Shown in pieces: positions 42,363 to 54,516 of a stretch of DNA of 64,000 bases. The position numbers and the translations under genes were made by a program. The first letter of the stretch is position 1, and each line of letters starts with the position of its first letter. The stretch comes from an uncultured cyanobacterium. GTDB taxonomy: Bacteria; Cyanobacteriota; Cyanobacteriia; Cyanobacteriales; Cyanobacteriaceae. A model generated the notes under the pieces. That model worked only from the letters and a program-made list of their open reading frames with translations. It did no database searches and was not told the origin of the DNA. The stretch covers positions 480,001 to 544,000 of the forward strand of contig CAVVOP010000022.1 in the NCBI GenBank assembly GCA_963749915.1. Direction: 5' to 3'.

Positions 42363-43460
42363 TTAACGGTTAACTATCAACTCACATTGACTATGATGTC
42401 TTAAAAGATGATCACATAAAATAAGGGCAACCATCGCTTCCACCATAGGTACTGCTCTGGGTAATACACAGGGATCATGTCTGCCTTTAGCGGCTAAAGT
42501 AGTTTCTTCTCCTTCTTTACTGACGGTGTTTTGTTCCTTACCAATAGTCGCAGTGGGTTTAAAGGCAGCCCTTAAGACTATATTTTCTCCATTACTAATG
42601 CCCCCTTGAATACCGCCAGATCTATTGGTTTTAGTGCGGGTGTTTCCTTTTTCGTCCAGATAAAATTCATCGTTATGTTGACTACCTTTAAGAGTTGTAC
42701 CTGCAAAACCTGAGCCAATTTCAAAGCCTTTAGTCGCTGGTAAAGACATAATTCCCTTGGCTAAATCTGCCTCTAATTTATCGAAAACGGGTTCGCCTAA
42801 TCCCCTGGGTACATTTCGGATCACACATTCCACCACCCCTCCCAAAGAGTCTTTTTCTCGGCGAATTTGATCTATTAAATCGATCATTTTTTCCGCACAT
42901 TCACTATCGGGGCATCTAACAATGTTACTCTCCACTTGCTCAATAGTTACGGTTTCTTGATTAACCACTGCTTCTAAGTCTTTAATACGCTTCACATAGG
43001 CAATGATTTCTACTTCGGCTACTTGGTGAAGAATCTTTTTGGCGATCGCCCCAGCCGCCACTCTACCAATGGTTTCCCTCGCAGAAGAACGTCCGCCACC
43101 TTGCCAGTTACGAATGCCATACTTAGCATCATAGGTAGCATCAGCATGGGAAGGACGATATTTAACCGCCATCTCATCATAATCTTGGGAACGGGCATCC
43201 TTATTGCGTACTAAGATGGCAATGGGAGTACCTAACGTTTTGCCTTCAAAAACCCCAGAGATAATTTCGCATAAATCGGACTCATTGCGAGGGGTAGTAA
43301 TCTTACTTTGTCCGGGTTTACGGCGATTCAACTCCACTTGTATTTCCTCGGCGGTAATCTCAATTTGAGGAGGACAACCATCGATGACGACACCAACCCC
43401 TCCCCCATGAGACTCGCCGAAGGTTGAAATTCTAAACAATGTACCGAAATTACTACTCAT
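42363..43460 (-). CDS. aroC: Chorismate synthase
   Basis: [39 protein letters not shown]. Confidence 0.98.
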   Translation of the reverse strand: MSSNFGTLFRISTFGESHGGGVGVVIDGCPPQIEITAEEIQVELNRRKPGQSKITTPRNESDLCEIISGVFEGKTLGTPIAILVRNKDARSQDYDEMAVKYRPSHADATYDAKYGIRNWQGGGRSSARETIGRVAAGAIAKKILHQVAEVEIIAYVKRIKDLEAVVNQETVTIEQVESNIVRCPDSECAEKMIDLIDQIRREKDSLGGVVECVIRNVPRGLGEPVFDKLEADLAKGIMSLPATKGFEIGSGFAGTTLKGSQHNDEFYLDEKGNTRTKTNRSGGIQGGISNGENIVLRAAFKPTATIGKEQNTVSKEGEETTLAAKGRHDPCVLPRAVPMVEAMVALILCDHLLRHHSQCELIVNR

Positions 43461-43647
43461 TTAATAATTAAAAATTAGGAATAAAATAGTTATTGATTTA
43501 TATAGTTATTTGTTTTAAGTTACCACAAAACTCTGCACTAAAAGAGGCGATCGTCTGTTGTGAAGGCTTTAGCCTATATTTTTAAAACTCGTGTATAGTT
43601 TACTACGAACAATAGTTTCCATCAATAAGATGCAAGGATAGAAAAAT

Positions 43648-43746
43648 ATGACTGTTATTGTAGAAACTAAATTGAAATGGACCGGTGCTGATTTGGAATT
43701 GCTACCTGAGAATGACGAGCGAGTTGAAATTATTGAAAAGTTTTGA
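43648..43746 (+). pseudogene. 5' fragment of a Uma2-family endonuclease gene
   Basis: MTVIVETKLKWTGADLELLPENDERVEIIEKF* resembles the WT.ADLELLP...RYEIIDG N-terminus of cyanobacterial Uma2 proteins, then stops. Confidence 0.6.
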
Positions 43747-43870
43747 TAACTTACGTTAAATTAAATTAATAATTAAGTAAAAAATTATTTTATTCAATCA
43801 TGATCGCTTTTACGGAAAAAATAGAACTTGAATGAAAATGTAGTGCAATTATATGTCATATTTCCTACAC

Positions 43871-46280
43871 TTACACTGCCTTATTTTCAAAGCTTCCTTC
43901 ATAGTCTTTTCGGCTTAATACTGTATCAAACAATCCAATGTCTTCGCCTTCGTGTTTGTTTATTCCAATGTACTCTAAACTTGCGTCTTCGTAACGTTTG
44001 AATTTGTAAACGGCATCATTCATTAATGCAGAATTGAAAACGCCAAGACTAACAAGTAACTCAAAGTCTTTTACGGTTAAGCCTGTTACTTTTTTGAATA
44101 GACCTGGCTCTAATTGCGTGATTACGTCTTTCAGACTTCTTTCTCGATAGTCAGTCAGATACATAAACACAGGAACACGAGTTGCAAATTTGATTAGCTT
44201 GTCTTGTATTTTTTTTCTCAGGCTTTTGTATTCTTTCTCAGTATCGGTAAGCTCTTTCTTTTCTTGTTTTGTGAGCTTTTCATCATTTGCTTCTTTCTTT
44301 AGCTTTTTTAACAGCTTCCGATTTATTGATGATGGTTTCAATGTCCTGATTCAAGTTTCTGAAGCCTTCAATGCTCATTAAAGCTTTCATTGCTTCTTCA
44401 TTTGCCATCAATCGGGCAAGGGTGTTGTTGTCCACATTTACGAGCAATGCACTTTCCCAACGTCTTGCCAAAAGCGTGGCAGTTGTGCCACTCATTGCCA
44501 TATCTAAAATTCCCGCTGCATCCACTTGCTTCATTGAACTGCCGTCATAAGCCAACACAGGCAGGAAGTTGATAAACTCGGCAACTTTTGCTTCGGGGTT
44601 CGATTCGTTTACATTTAGTCGGCAACTGTAATCGGCAATTTGTCTTAATGCACGGTCGGGAGCAAAGTCAAAAACGTAACATTCTTCTTTTAAAATTTCT
44701 TCTTTGTTGGGCGATTTGCTGTCAGGGTTTTTAATGACCCAAGGCGTTTGCACTCGGAATGCTGCTTGAAAATAAGTTTCAGGACTGGAAGAATTACGCA
44801 ACATAAAAATACCTGTCCACGGTTTTACCGATACGCCTGTGGTGAGTTTACCACACGAGAGCGTAATGGTTTTTGATTCCAATGGATTGTCGGTCATGGC
44901 ATCTAAAACTGGTGGCAATGCTTCTATTCCAATTCCTGCTTGTGTTCCTGCTGCAACCACCACTTTGTAATCGTGGTAAAAAATATTTTGTCTTCTTTCA
45001 AGCAACAATGCTATTGCATTACACGCTGCAACGGTTGGCAAAAACCAAAAAGTGTGATTCAACACTTTGAGCAATGGAGCGTGTGAAAACGGCAAAGGCG
45101 GCTTTTTTGCTCCCATCTTTAAATGGTCAACGGTGGTTTCGCTAAACGAACCCCGAATTAAATCCAACCATTTTTGTACTTCGTCTTCGTATTTGAAATG
45201 TGCTTTTCGTCCTTCTCCTTCGGCTGAAAAGAATATGTTTAAATCAAAACCATCAAACTCGCCTTGCATTGCAATTTGGCGAATGGAATCGGGCAATTGA
45301 TAGGTGAGCATTACCATTCGTGGCAAGGCTGCATACGGATTTGAACCTTTTGATTTGTCCCAATTTTCTTTTTCTCTTTGCTCGTCTGAATATGTCCAAT
45401 TGAAAATTTGCTCTTCGATAAATTCACCCGAACTAATAGCACGAAATGGAGTGCCTGACAAATACAAATAGTGATTGGTGCTGATAGGGATTATCTTCTC
45501 TAAGTGTTCCGCTTTGTCTTCTTCGGCAATCCCTTCTTTTTCAATCTTTGTGTATTCTTCAATTTCCTTCTCGGCTTCTAAATCTTTACCGAATAAATCT
45601 TTGGCGTTTTCTCGCCAAGCACCAAAATGGTATTCGTCAAAAATGATACAATCCCACACGGTGGCGTGTACCCATTCGTTTTTGGTTTTGATACCGCCTG
45701 TGTTGGTGTTCTTGCCTAAAAAATCCTGAAACGAACCAAAGCAAACCAAAGGTTTTTTGGTGTCAATATCTTGGCTCGATAATTCATCCGCGTGTTTGGA
45801 AATGAATTGCCAACCTTTAAAGTCAACGTGAGAAACTAAATCTTCTTTCCAGGCATCTTCAACGGCTGGTTTGAAGGTTAGCACCAACACTTTTTTCCAA
45901 CCCATTTTTTTAGCCAATTGATAACTGGCAAAGGTTTTTCCGAAACGCATTTTGGCATTCCAAAGGAAATGGGGCGTTCTGTCTTTATTCTCTTTCTTGA
46001 AACTTTTGAAATAGGCAATGGTTTTTTCAACGGCTGCTTCCTGCTCGGGTCGCATGCCGAAGTTTAGCACTCGGTTTTCATCTGTTTTTTCGCCTGTTTT
46101 GATTTGGTGAATGGCTCTCCGCAAATCATTCAAGGTGCATTTATACCATTCGCCACTGGCGTTTACTACTTTCCATTCTCTTAAAAGACGGTGTACATCG
46201 TGGTCTGTAAATGAACTACCGTCACGCTTCATTGCCGATTCTTCAAATACAATTTTGTATGGAATGGCTGCCGTTCCTAA
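43871..46280 (-). pseudogene. Restriction endonuclease/DEAD-like helicase subunit, frameshifted and 5'-disrupted
   Basis: NAKMRFGKT, FDEYHFG, YLSGTPF, YFQAAFRVQTP; frameshift near 44295 (AVKKA-KKEANDEK) joins ORFs 44283-46232 and 43871-44341; the frame extends upstream as LGTAAIPYKIVFEESA. Confidence 0.8.
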
Positions 46281-46296
46281 TCAATTATGTTTATTC

Positions 46297-46325
46297 AATC
46301 GACATGAGCGCTTTTCATGTCGATT
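46297..46325. repeat. Perfect 11-bp inverted repeat downstream of fic
   Basis: AATCGACATGA-gcgcttt-TCATGTCGATT; further related CGACATGAC and TACATGAC copies near 46340 and 46372. Confidence 0.7.
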
Positions 46326-46387
46326 AGTTTGATTATTTTCGACATGACAGCCACTTCGTCTTTATCAAGTGTACATGACTACGCTTC

Positions 46388-47485
46388 CTATTCAGATAGT
46401 ATTCTAAGCAGTTTATGGTTGATATAATAGGTCTCCTTCCAAACCTGCACGCTCGCAAGCCATCCCGCTTTTTCTATTTCTTTCAAATAGCGCGATGCTG
46501 TTTGTCGTTTGGCAATTCCATTTTCCTCCAGAATCCCAATTTTTATGTAAGGATAGCTGAACAGCAAATCGTTCAACTCTCTGGAGAAAGAAGCCCCCAA
46601 CACAACTTTAAGATCATTTTCGGCATTTGCCTTCAGTTCTAAAATGCGCTTGACCTTATGCAGTGTAGTTTGAGAGGTTTTAGCAACACCATTTACTACA
46701 TACAGCACCCATTCATTCCAGTTGTTTTGCTCTGTTACTTCGCGCAATAGGCGATAGTAGTCTGACTTGTTTTCGATGATGTATTTACTCAAATACAACA
46801 CCGGTAAACCAATCATGTCTTGCTGTATCAAATACAGAATGTTAAGAATACGCCCCGTTCGCCCATTTCCATCACTAAACGGGTGAATGGCCTCAAATTG
46901 ATAATGAATCAGAGCCATTTTAATCAATGGATCTAATTGGCTACTATCAGGTTCATTAATGAACTTCTCTAATTCGAAAAGCTTTTGCCTGATCAACTCT
47001 TCGCCCTCTGGCGGAGTATAAACCACTTGTGCTGTTACAGGATTAGACAATTTAGTGCCCGTATTTCGCCTGACCCCCTCATTGCTGTTACGCAGTTTTT
47101 GCATAATGCCTACCAAAAGATTGGTAGTGATGATGCCTTTCCTCTTTAATTCTTCCAAACCAAAATACATGGCCTCGCGGTATTGCAACACCTCTCTGGC
47201 AGCCTGATTTTTCACCTTATCGCCCATCAAGGTGGCCTTGTATAGCTCATCTTGGGTCGTAACTATGTTTTCAATAGCGCTCGATTCCTTACTTTCCTGC
47301 AACACAATGGTATTGAGCAAAAGCTCAGGATTAGGCAAGGTTTGACAAAATCCCTTCAACTCTGCCAATAGCCTGTTTGCGCGAATGCAAGCCTTGAAAA
47401 TTTCAGGGGTTTCCAGATTAGCAGCAGGGGGTAAATCCGGCAGGGCATTGAAGGGCATGTCGCGGTTGAATACTGTTCTACTCAT
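46388..47485 (-). CDS. Fic-domain protein (class II, C-terminal HTH)
   Basis: Canonical HPFSDGNGRTGR; N-terminal inhibitory motif SSAIEN; RQTASRYLKE HTH. Confidence 0.93.
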   Translation of the reverse strand: MSRTVFNRDMPFNALPDLPPAANLETPEIFKACIRANRLLAELKGFCQTLPNPELLLNTIVLQESKESSAIENIVTTQDELYKATLMGDKVKNQAAREVLQYREAMYFGLEELKRKGIITTNLLVGIMQKLRNSNEGVRRNTGTKLSNPVTAQVVYTPPEGEELIRQKLFELEKFINEPDSSQLDPLIKMALIHYQFEAIHPFSDGNGRTGRILNILYLIQQDMIGLPVLYLSKYIIENKSDYYRLLREVTEQNNWNEWVLYVVNGVAKTSQTTLHKVKRILELKANAENDLKVVLGASFSRELNDLLFSYPYIKIGILEENGIAKRQTASRYLKEIEKAGWLASVQVWKETYYINHKLLRILSE

Positions 47486-47552
47486 CGTGCTATTTTTTTA
47501 TTCCTGAAAATCCTGCTTCAGACCCATGGTCGGGGTGGGAAAAATTCTTTTT

Positions 47553-48171
47553 TATTCATCGACTCCGCCATTTTGTGATAAATCCATTGGACGAATCATA
47601 CTTTCAATAAATGAAATTTCTTCTTCTGTTAAGCCGTATTTTTTGTGGAGTTTTTCATCCGTCCAAGATTCTGAGAAGTCTTGCATTGGTACAAAGTGAT
47701 ATACTTTTTTGGTGGCGTGTTGTGCAGGTTTATTACGGGATTAGTAAAGTCTAAAGCATCACCCCAAAGTATGTTTCTGCTCAATAAAAACCGAACAGAA
47801 CGGATGCACTCATTTTTCACTTGATTGAATACTTTAGAATACCAATCGGTATAAATTCCAAGCAAACGGTCACGACATTCTTGGGCGTTGTCTTCCAAAA
47901 TGTCCACTCCGTAAATACTCGATACGGCAATTACAGAATAGCGTTCCCATTCCACTTGACTTTTGCTATACCTGCTGTCAACCGCAGCTAATTTTCGTCT
48001 CAATACTTCGGCTAAAAAGTTTCCGTTACCGCAAGCAGGTTCAAGGAAACGAGAATCAATTCTTTCTGTTTCGTGTTTTACTAAATCGAGCATAGCATTT
48101 ACTTCACGTTGGTTTGTAAAAACCTCACCGTGGTCAGTAACCCGCTTTTTGGATTTGACTTGTTTTTGCAT
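47553..48171 (-). pseudogene. Deletion-fused remnants of two RM methyltransferase genes (Eco57I-like system)
   Basis: N-part RVTDHGEVFT...FLEPACGNGNFL...IYGVDI; after about 47735 another frame reads KPAQHATKKVYHFVPMQDFSESWTDEKLHKKYGLTEEEISFIESMIRPM, the C-terminus typical of Eco57I-type MTase proteins. Confidence 0.75.
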
Positions 48172-48322
48172 CGCTTATTTATCTGTTTTTCCTGGAGCTA
48201 GCTATTGATTATAATATTCCTCAGTTGTGCCAATAGACTATTTACCCACCCTCTTTGCAAAAAGAACCCCCTTTTGTAGAAACTTAGCATGGCTACATTG
48301 TGGGGATTTAAGAGGATTACAT

Positions 48323-49606
48323 TTATGCCAAAGACGGTACTGGAATTTTTAAATGGGGATAAAGTGGAAAGCGATCGCACAATGCTTCTACACGATTAAT
48401 ACAATCTAGTCTCACGGCTTCATCTTCAGGGTTTAAAAGGCGATCAGCGATAATATTAGCAATCTCGGTAAATTCCGCTTCTTTTAAGCCTCTGGTAGTT
48501 TCCGCAGGTGATCCTAACCGTAGGCCACTGGTAACAAAAGGAGATTCAGGATCGAAAGGAACAGTATTTTTATTGGCAGTGATGCTAGTTTTACCTAGTA
48601 ATTGATCTGCTACTTTACCAGTCATGCCGATCGATCGCAAATCTACCAAGTTAAGGTGATTATCAGTACCGCCAGAAACTAACTTAAAGCCTCTATTAAC
48701 TAACTGATTACCCAAAGTTTGAGAGTTGGTGATGACTTGGGCGCAATAGGTTTTAAATTCAGGTTTTAAGGCTTCTCCAAAGGCGACGGCCTTACCGGCG
48801 ATAACATGTTCTAAAGGTCCTCCCTGAGTACCAGGGAATACAGCTTTATTTAACTGTTTGCCTAATTCAGCGTCACGGCTGAGGATTAAACCACCACGAG
48901 GTCCTCTTAAGGTTTTGTGGGTTGTGGTTGTTACTACATCACAATGGGGAACGGGGTTGGGATGATAACCAGTGGCGACTAAACCAGCAATATGGGCAAT
49001 ATCTGCCAATAAATATGCACCTACTTCATCGGCGATGGCTCTAAACTTATCAAACTCAATGATGCGAGGATAGGCAGAATAACCGCAAATAATTAATTTA
49101 GGACGTTCTTGTAATGCTAATTCCCGAATTTGATCATAGTTGAGGCGTTCAGTTTCTTTGCTAACTCCATATTGACATACCTCGAACCATTTACCTGAAA
49201 AGTTTACGGGTGATCCATGAGTTAAATGTCCACCGTGAGACAAATCCATGCCCATAATTTTATCACCAGGTTTGAGAAGGGCTAAAAACACAGCAAAATT
49301 AGCTTGTGCACCTGAGTGGGGTTGAACATTCGCCATTTCCGCTCCAAATAACCGTTTTGCCCTTTCAATGGCTAAATCTTCCGCTTGATCTACAAACTTA
49401 CAACCACCGTAATAACGCTTTCCGGGTAAACCCTCCGCATATTTATTGGTTAAAACTGAACCTTGTGCTGCCATGACCGCAGGGGAGGTAAAGTTTTCAC
49501 TAGCAATTAATTCTAAATGTTTTCTTTGACGTTGTAATTCGTTGGCAATAATTTCAGCGATCGCTGGATCTGTATCGGCTAAAAATTCTAGGTTGGTCTG
49601 ATTCAC
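48323..49606 (-). CDS. glyA: Serine hydroxymethyltransferase
   Basis: [40 protein letters not shown]. Confidence 0.98.
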   Translation of the reverse strand: MNQTNLEFLADTDPAIAEIIANELQRQRKHLELIASENFTSPAVMAAQGSVLTNKYAEGLPGKRYYGGCKFVDQAEDLAIERAKRLFGAEMANVQPHSGAQANFAVFLALLKPGDKIMGMDLSHGGHLTHGSPVNFSGKWFEVCQYGVSKETERLNYDQIRELALQERPKLIICGYSAYPRIIEFDKFRAIADEVGAYLLADIAHIAGLVATGYHPNPVPHCDVVTTTTHKTLRGPRGGLILSRDAELGKQLNKAVFPGTQGGPLEHVIAGKAVAFGEALKPEFKTYCAQVITNSQTLGNQLVNRGFKLVSGGTDNHLNLVDLRSIGMTGKVADQLLGKTSITANKNTVPFDPESPFVTSGLRLGSPAETTRGLKEAEFTEIANIIADRLLNPEDEAVRLDCINRVEALCDRFPLYPHLKIPVPSLA

Positions 49607-49879
49607 TTTAATTTAATTTTTCATATAGGTATATTTTATTTATCATAATAGATTGTTGCTTCATCGTTGAATCGAAAACAGGGTAAACCCTAGCTGGGGA
49701 TACAAGAAAAATAGGTGTTTTGTCCCTCTTTGAAGGGGATATGGCGGTGTAGTCAAAAAATCTAGATTATGGACAAAAAGAGTCTTTCTGAAAGGGATAT
49801 TTGTACCAAATTTGTTACACCTGCATTGTAAAAAGCTAACTGGGATAATAATCATTCAGTAGGTGATGGGATGCAGCAG

Positions 49880-50287
49880 GCTCTAAGCTATCAAAAATAA
49901 CTCCCGTACAGGCACGGGTGATATGAGGAAATAAGCGGTGTTCAATGGGGTTATATTTAGAAGTATAAGGAGGATAATGGGCAATTCTGATTTCAATTCC
50001 TAATTCTTGCACCCTCTTTTGATTGTATCCGGACGACATCCGAATAGCCTGACGATATAACTTATGCCCCCATACCCCAATTTTTCAGCTTCTATGGCTG
50101 CATAACGCCTTCGCTCTTTTTCTGATAGACTGTGATAGTATCTAATCATTTTTTCTTCTATTTCTTGGGGATAGGGTTGTATTTGTTTCATTACTCTCTT
50201 TCTACTACATCAGCTATTTTGCCATATTGCTTAAGCAAATCTCTTTTCTAAAACTTTACCATTTTATTTAATCCTCATTCCTTAGCT
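49880..50287 (-). mobile_element. ISAzo13-family remnant with a large internal deletion
   Basis: N-terminal LSEKERRRYAAIEAEKLGYGG (50000-50191) abutting C-terminal IAHYPPYTSKYNPIEHRLFPHITRAC (49880-50000). Confidence 0.8.
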
Positions 50288-50291
50288 TTCA

Positions 50292-51416
50292 ATGCATATC
50301 CTAATTCCGGCATTACACCGACCCCTACAACCCACTGGCGTTTGCAGACATGCAGTAAATCTGGCACAATCTCTGGTTGATACTGATGAAGTAACTAAAG
50401 TAACCTTAGTGGTTGGGGAATGGCAAAAAGACTACTTCCAAAAATCTTTTGATTTTTTGTCCCCCAAAATTAATTTAGTTTCTGTAGCAATTAAAAATAG
50501 TTCTTTTTCCAGAAATAAGTGGTTTCTTTTGGGTTTGCCAAAACTAGCTAATGATCTCCAGTCCGATATTATTCATATGTCCTTTCCATTCCCATTCATT
50601 CGTCAATGGTTTAAAGCACCTGTGATATCGACTATTCACGATTTATATCCTTACGAATGTCCGGAGAATTTCGGCTACCCTCAAGTTTGGTTCAATCGTT
50701 GGTTTCTCAAACAATGTGTAGATAACAGCGATGGACTTACTTGTGTTTCCAAATGCACCTTAGAATCGCTCAAACATTATTTTCCTGGTATTGATTTACG
50801 TAAAGAAACCACCGTAATCTATAATTATGTAGATTTTGATAATATTATTCCCAAAATTCCCGAAGATCTCGGTGTTGGCGAGAATTTTCCCTTCTTACTT
50901 TGTGTTGCCCAACATCGCAAAAATAAGAATTTGGATTTATTAATTCAATCCTACGCACTTTTGCTAAACAATGACAGACTAACACCCTCAACTAAATTAG
51001 TCCTTGTTGGTAGTCCAGGTCCGGAAACAGAAAATATTCAAACTTTAATTCAAACTCTTGGTTTGCAAAGGCAAATAATTTTGCTGTCTTCACTTGATGA
51101 TGAAGAATTATGTTGGTTGTATAAAAACTGTAAACTTTTCGTAATTCCTTCATCTACAGAAGGATTTTGCATTCCCCTGGTGGAAGCAATTTTTTTCTCA
51201 TGTAAGGCTATCTCTTCGGATATTCCTATTTTTAGGGAAGTGGGTTCTTCAAATTGCACATACTTCGATGTGAAGAATAACCCCGTGGAAAATCTAGCAG
51301 ATGCCATAGCTGATGTTCTCTCACAGACCCATAGTGACCGCTCCCTAGCCGATCCACGCTTTTCAAAAAGTAATGTAGCCCATCAGCTTTTAAATTTTTA
51401 CGCCTCAGTCAAGTAA
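50292..51416 (+). CDS. Glycosyltransferase family 4
   Basis: TIHDLYP, KNKNLDLL, EGFCIPLVEA, SDIPIFREV. Confidence 0.9.
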   Translation: MHILIPALHRPLQPTGVCRHAVNLAQSLVDTDEVTKVTLVVGEWQKDYFQKSFDFLSPKINLVSVAIKNSSFSRNKWFLLGLPKLANDLQSDIIHMSFPFPFIRQWFKAPVISTIHDLYPYECPENFGYPQVWFNRWFLKQCVDNSDGLTCVSKCTLESLKHYFPGIDLRKETTVIYNYVDFDNIIPKIPEDLGVGENFPFLLCVAQHRKNKNLDLLIQSYALLLNNDRLTPSTKLVLVGSPGPETENIQTLIQTLGLQRQIILLSSLDDEELCWLYKNCKLFVIPSSTEGFCIPLVEAIFFSCKAISSDIPIFREVGSSNCTYFDVKNNPVENLADAIADVLSQTHSDRSLADPRFSKSNVAHQLLNFYASVK

Positions 51417-51530
51417 TTGGTTCTTTTGCAAAAAGTTATAAAGAAAAAAATAATACCATCTAAAGATGATGGAAAAATTTATAACTCTTGTTCCTCGTTT
51501 CTGTGTTCATGGACTACTACCCCCTATTTT

Positions 51531-53240
51531 TTAAAACAGAAAATAACGCTGAGTCATGGGTAAAACTGTTGCCGGTTCGCAGGTTAATAACTCCCCGTTT
51601 GCCCTCACCTCGTAGGTTTCTGGATCCACTTCTATTTGGGGGACAAAATCGTTTAATTTCAAGTCCTTTTTACTTAAAGTGCGAGTATTTGTCACCGGTA
51701 CTGCTCGCTTTTGTAAGCCGATTTTTTCGGGAACGTTTGCCTCCAGAGAGGCAACGGAAACAAAAGTAATGGACGTAGCGGCGATGGCACCACCAAAACT
51801 AGCAAACATTGGGCGCATATATACGGGCTGAGGGGTGGGGATACTGGCGTTAGGATCCCCCATTTGGGCATAAGCGATGGTGCCACTTTTCAGCACCAGT
51901 TCCGGTTTTACCCCAAAAAATGCCGGTTTCCACAGGCACAAGTCCGCCAGTTTTCCCTCCTCCACGGAACCCACATAATCGGCAATGCCGTGGGTAATTG
52001 CAGGATTAATCGTATATTTAGCAATGTAACGTTTGGCACGGAAGTTGTCATTTTCTCCCGACTCTTCGGCTAGTCGTCCCCGTTGCACTTTCATTTTGTG
52101 TCCCGTTTGCCAAGTGCGAATAATGGTTTCCCCCACCCTTCCCATCGCTTGGGAGTCGGAGGAGATCATGCTAAATGCGCCCAAATCATGGAGAATATCC
52201 TCCGCCGCGATGGTTTCTCGGCGAATGCGGGACTCAGCAAAAGCCACATCTTCAGGAATGCTTTTATCGAGGTGATGACATACCATCAGCATATCTAAGT
52301 GTTCGTCCAAAGTATTAACCGTGTAAGGACGGGTGGGGTTAGTAGAGGAGGGCAAAACATTGGATTGACCGCAAACCTTAATAATATCCGGGGCGTGACC
52401 ACCCCCTGCACCCTCAGTATGGTAGGTATGAATTACCCGATTTTTAAAAGCGGCAATGGTATTCTCGACAAATCCTGCTTCATTGAGGGTATCGGTGTGA
52501 ATAGCTACTTGAATATCATACAGGTCAGCCACCGTTAGACAGGTGTCGATGGCCGCCGGAGTAGTTCCCCAGTCCTCATGCAGTTTCAGACCCATGGCAC
52601 CAGCGATCACTTGTTCTACTAGCCCTGCCGGTTTACTACTGTTACCCTTTCCCAAAAAACCCAGGTTCACAGGAAAAGCATCCGCCCCTTGCAACATCCG
52701 ATAAATATTCCATTCCCCTGGAGTACAGGTAGTGGCGTTTGTTCCCGTGGCGGGTCCAGTTCCGCCACCAATCATTGTAGTAATTCCAGATGCGATGGCA
52801 GTTTCAATCTGTTGAGGACAAATAAAGTGAATGTGGCTATCAATTCCCCCCGGGGTGAGGATCATTCCTTCCCCGGCGATGACTTCCGTCCCAGGTCCAA
52901 TGATAATATCGACATTATCCTGAATGTGGGGATTCCCCGCTTTGCCAATCTTATCAATCTTCCCGTCCTTAATGCCCACATCAGCTTTGACAATACCCCA
53001 CCAGTCCAAAATCAAAGCATTGGTAATAACTAAATCCACCGCCCCTTCTTGACGAGAAAGTGGCGACTGTCCCATCCCGTCTCTGATCACTTTACCACCG
53101 CCAAACTTTACCTCATCGCCGTAGGTGGTGTAATCTTGTTCTACCTCAATCCAGAGTTCCGTATCAGCAAGACGAAGACGATCTCCTACTGTCGGCCCGT
53201 AGGTTTCAGCATAGGCTTGACGATCCATTCTATAACTCAT
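51531..53240 (-). CDS. ureC: Urease alpha subunit
   Basis: [40 protein letters not shown]. Confidence 0.98.
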   Translation of the reverse strand: MSYRMDRQAYAETYGPTVGDRLRLADTELWIEVEQDYTTYGDEVKFGGGKVIRDGMGQSPLSRQEGAVDLVITNALILDWWGIVKADVGIKDGKIDKIGKAGNPHIQDNVDIIIGPGTEVIAGEGMILTPGGIDSHIHFICPQQIETAIASGITTMIGGGTGPATGTNATTCTPGEWNIYRMLQGADAFPVNLGFLGKGNSSKPAGLVEQVIAGAMGLKLHEDWGTTPAAIDTCLTVADLYDIQVAIHTDTLNEAGFVENTIAAFKNRVIHTYHTEGAGGGHAPDIIKVCGQSNVLPSSTNPTRPYTVNTLDEHLDMLMVCHHLDKSIPEDVAFAESRIRRETIAAEDILHDLGAFSMISSDSQAMGRVGETIIRTWQTGHKMKVQRGRLAEESGENDNFRAKRYIAKYTINPAITHGIADYVGSVEEGKLADLCLWKPAFFGVKPELVLKSGTIAYAQMGDPNASIPTPQPVYMRPMFASFGGAIAATSITFVSVASLEANVPEKIGLQKRAVPVTNTRTLSKKDLKLNDFVPQIEVDPETYEVRANGELLTCEPATVLPMTQRYFLF

Positions 53241-53316
53241 AAATACTTTAGATAACAGTCCTAAATATAATTCAATCTGATATATTTGAACACAAACTCA
53301 CCAGATAGATGATCTC

Positions 53317-53757
53317 ATGGCATTAATTCTCGATCGTTTAATTCCAAAAACTCCTGAGTCTCAGATTAGTTTAACTCTAGCATTAACTGCTGAAGAAAGA
53401 AGACGATCCCATCAACGACTAGAACTTTCTAATGGGACAATCATTCATTTACAACTTCCCAGAGGAACAGTTCTCCATTCTGGAGATTTACTCCAAGGAA
53501 ACACTCCAGACATTATAGTAAAAATTATTCCCAAAGCAGAAGAAGTTGTAACGGTTAAGAGTAATAATTATTTAGACTTAATCAAAGCCGCCTATCATTT
53601 AGGTAATCGTCATATTCCCCTAGAAATTACGAGAGATTACCTAAGATTTTCTGCCGATACTGTACTAGCAGATATGGTGAAAAGAATGGGATTACAAGTA
53701 ATTATAGAAATACAAAACTTTGAACCAGAATCTGGTGCCTATAAACACGAGCATTGA
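53317..53757 (+). CDS. ureE: Urease accessory protein UreE
   Basis: LPRGTVL..GD, AAYHLGNRH, FEPESGAY. Confidence 0.95.
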   Translation: MALILDRLIPKTPESQISLTLALTAEERRRSHQRLELSNGTIIHLQLPRGTVLHSGDLLQGNTPDIIVKIIPKAEEVVTVKSNNYLDLIKAAYHLGNRHIPLEITRDYLRFSADTVLADMVKRMGLQVIIEIQNFEPESGAYKHEH

Positions 53758-53784
53758 CAAAAATGAGATGATAAATAGTTATAC

Positions 53785-54468
53785 ATGAATAGCAAAATAT
53801 TACATCTTTTACAACTTGCCAGTCCAGCCCTACCTTTAGGGGCATACAGTTATTCTGACGGCTTAGAAACCCTAGTAGAACAACTCAAAATCAGAACCCA
53901 TACAGACCTATTTTCTTGGCTTGAACAAGAATTGATCTACGGAGCAATTCGCATTGAATCCGCATTAATGCTAAAAGTATATCAAGGATTGATAAACGAT
54001 CAATTAGATACTATAATTTCTTGTAACCACTGGATAACGGCCAGCAAGGAAACTAAAGAACTCCGCCTACAAAGCTGGCAAATGGGCAATAGTTTAGTTA
54101 AGTTAATGTTAAGTTTGATTGAAGGGAATCAACGGCTATTGCCGGAAGTTCAGAGAATTTTGGGACAAGAATGTAACTATGCCATCGCCTTTGGGATTGC
54201 CGCTGCTTTATGGGACATCGATGGGGAATCTGCCCTACTGGCATATCTTCAAAGTTGGGCTACTAATTTAATTAGCGCAGGGATTAAATTAATCCCCTTA
54301 GGACAAACGGCAGGACAACAAATCCTCAACAAATTAAACAATATCATTCTTAGAGAATCCCAGTCAATATTAACTTTAACGGACGATCATTTATACTGCT
54401 GTAGTTTCGGCTTAGGTTTAGCTAGTATGAACCATGAAAATCTATATACTCGTTTATTCCGCAGTTAG
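53785..54468 (+). CDS. ureF: Urease accessory protein UreF
   Basis: LASPALPLGAYSYSDGLE, PLGQTAGQ, HENLYTRLFRS. Confidence 0.95.
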   Translation: MNSKILHLLQLASPALPLGAYSYSDGLETLVEQLKIRTHTDLFSWLEQELIYGAIRIESALMLKVYQGLINDQLDTIISCNHWITASKETKELRLQSWQMGNSLVKLMLSLIEGNQRLLPEVQRILGQECNYAIAFGIAAALWDIDGESALLAYLQSWATNLISAGIKLIPLGQTAGQQILNKLNNIILRESQSILTLTDDHLYCCSFGLGLASMNHENLYTRLFRS

Positions 54469-54516
54469 GTTATCCTATAACAATCATCCCACTAGTTTAC
54501 GTTTAAAAATTGTACA

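Noticed and set aside
51488..53255. Many short ORFs overlapping ureC (likewise in guaA, GH116, cls, gyrA and bchH)
   Set aside because: Shadow frames of well-supported genes
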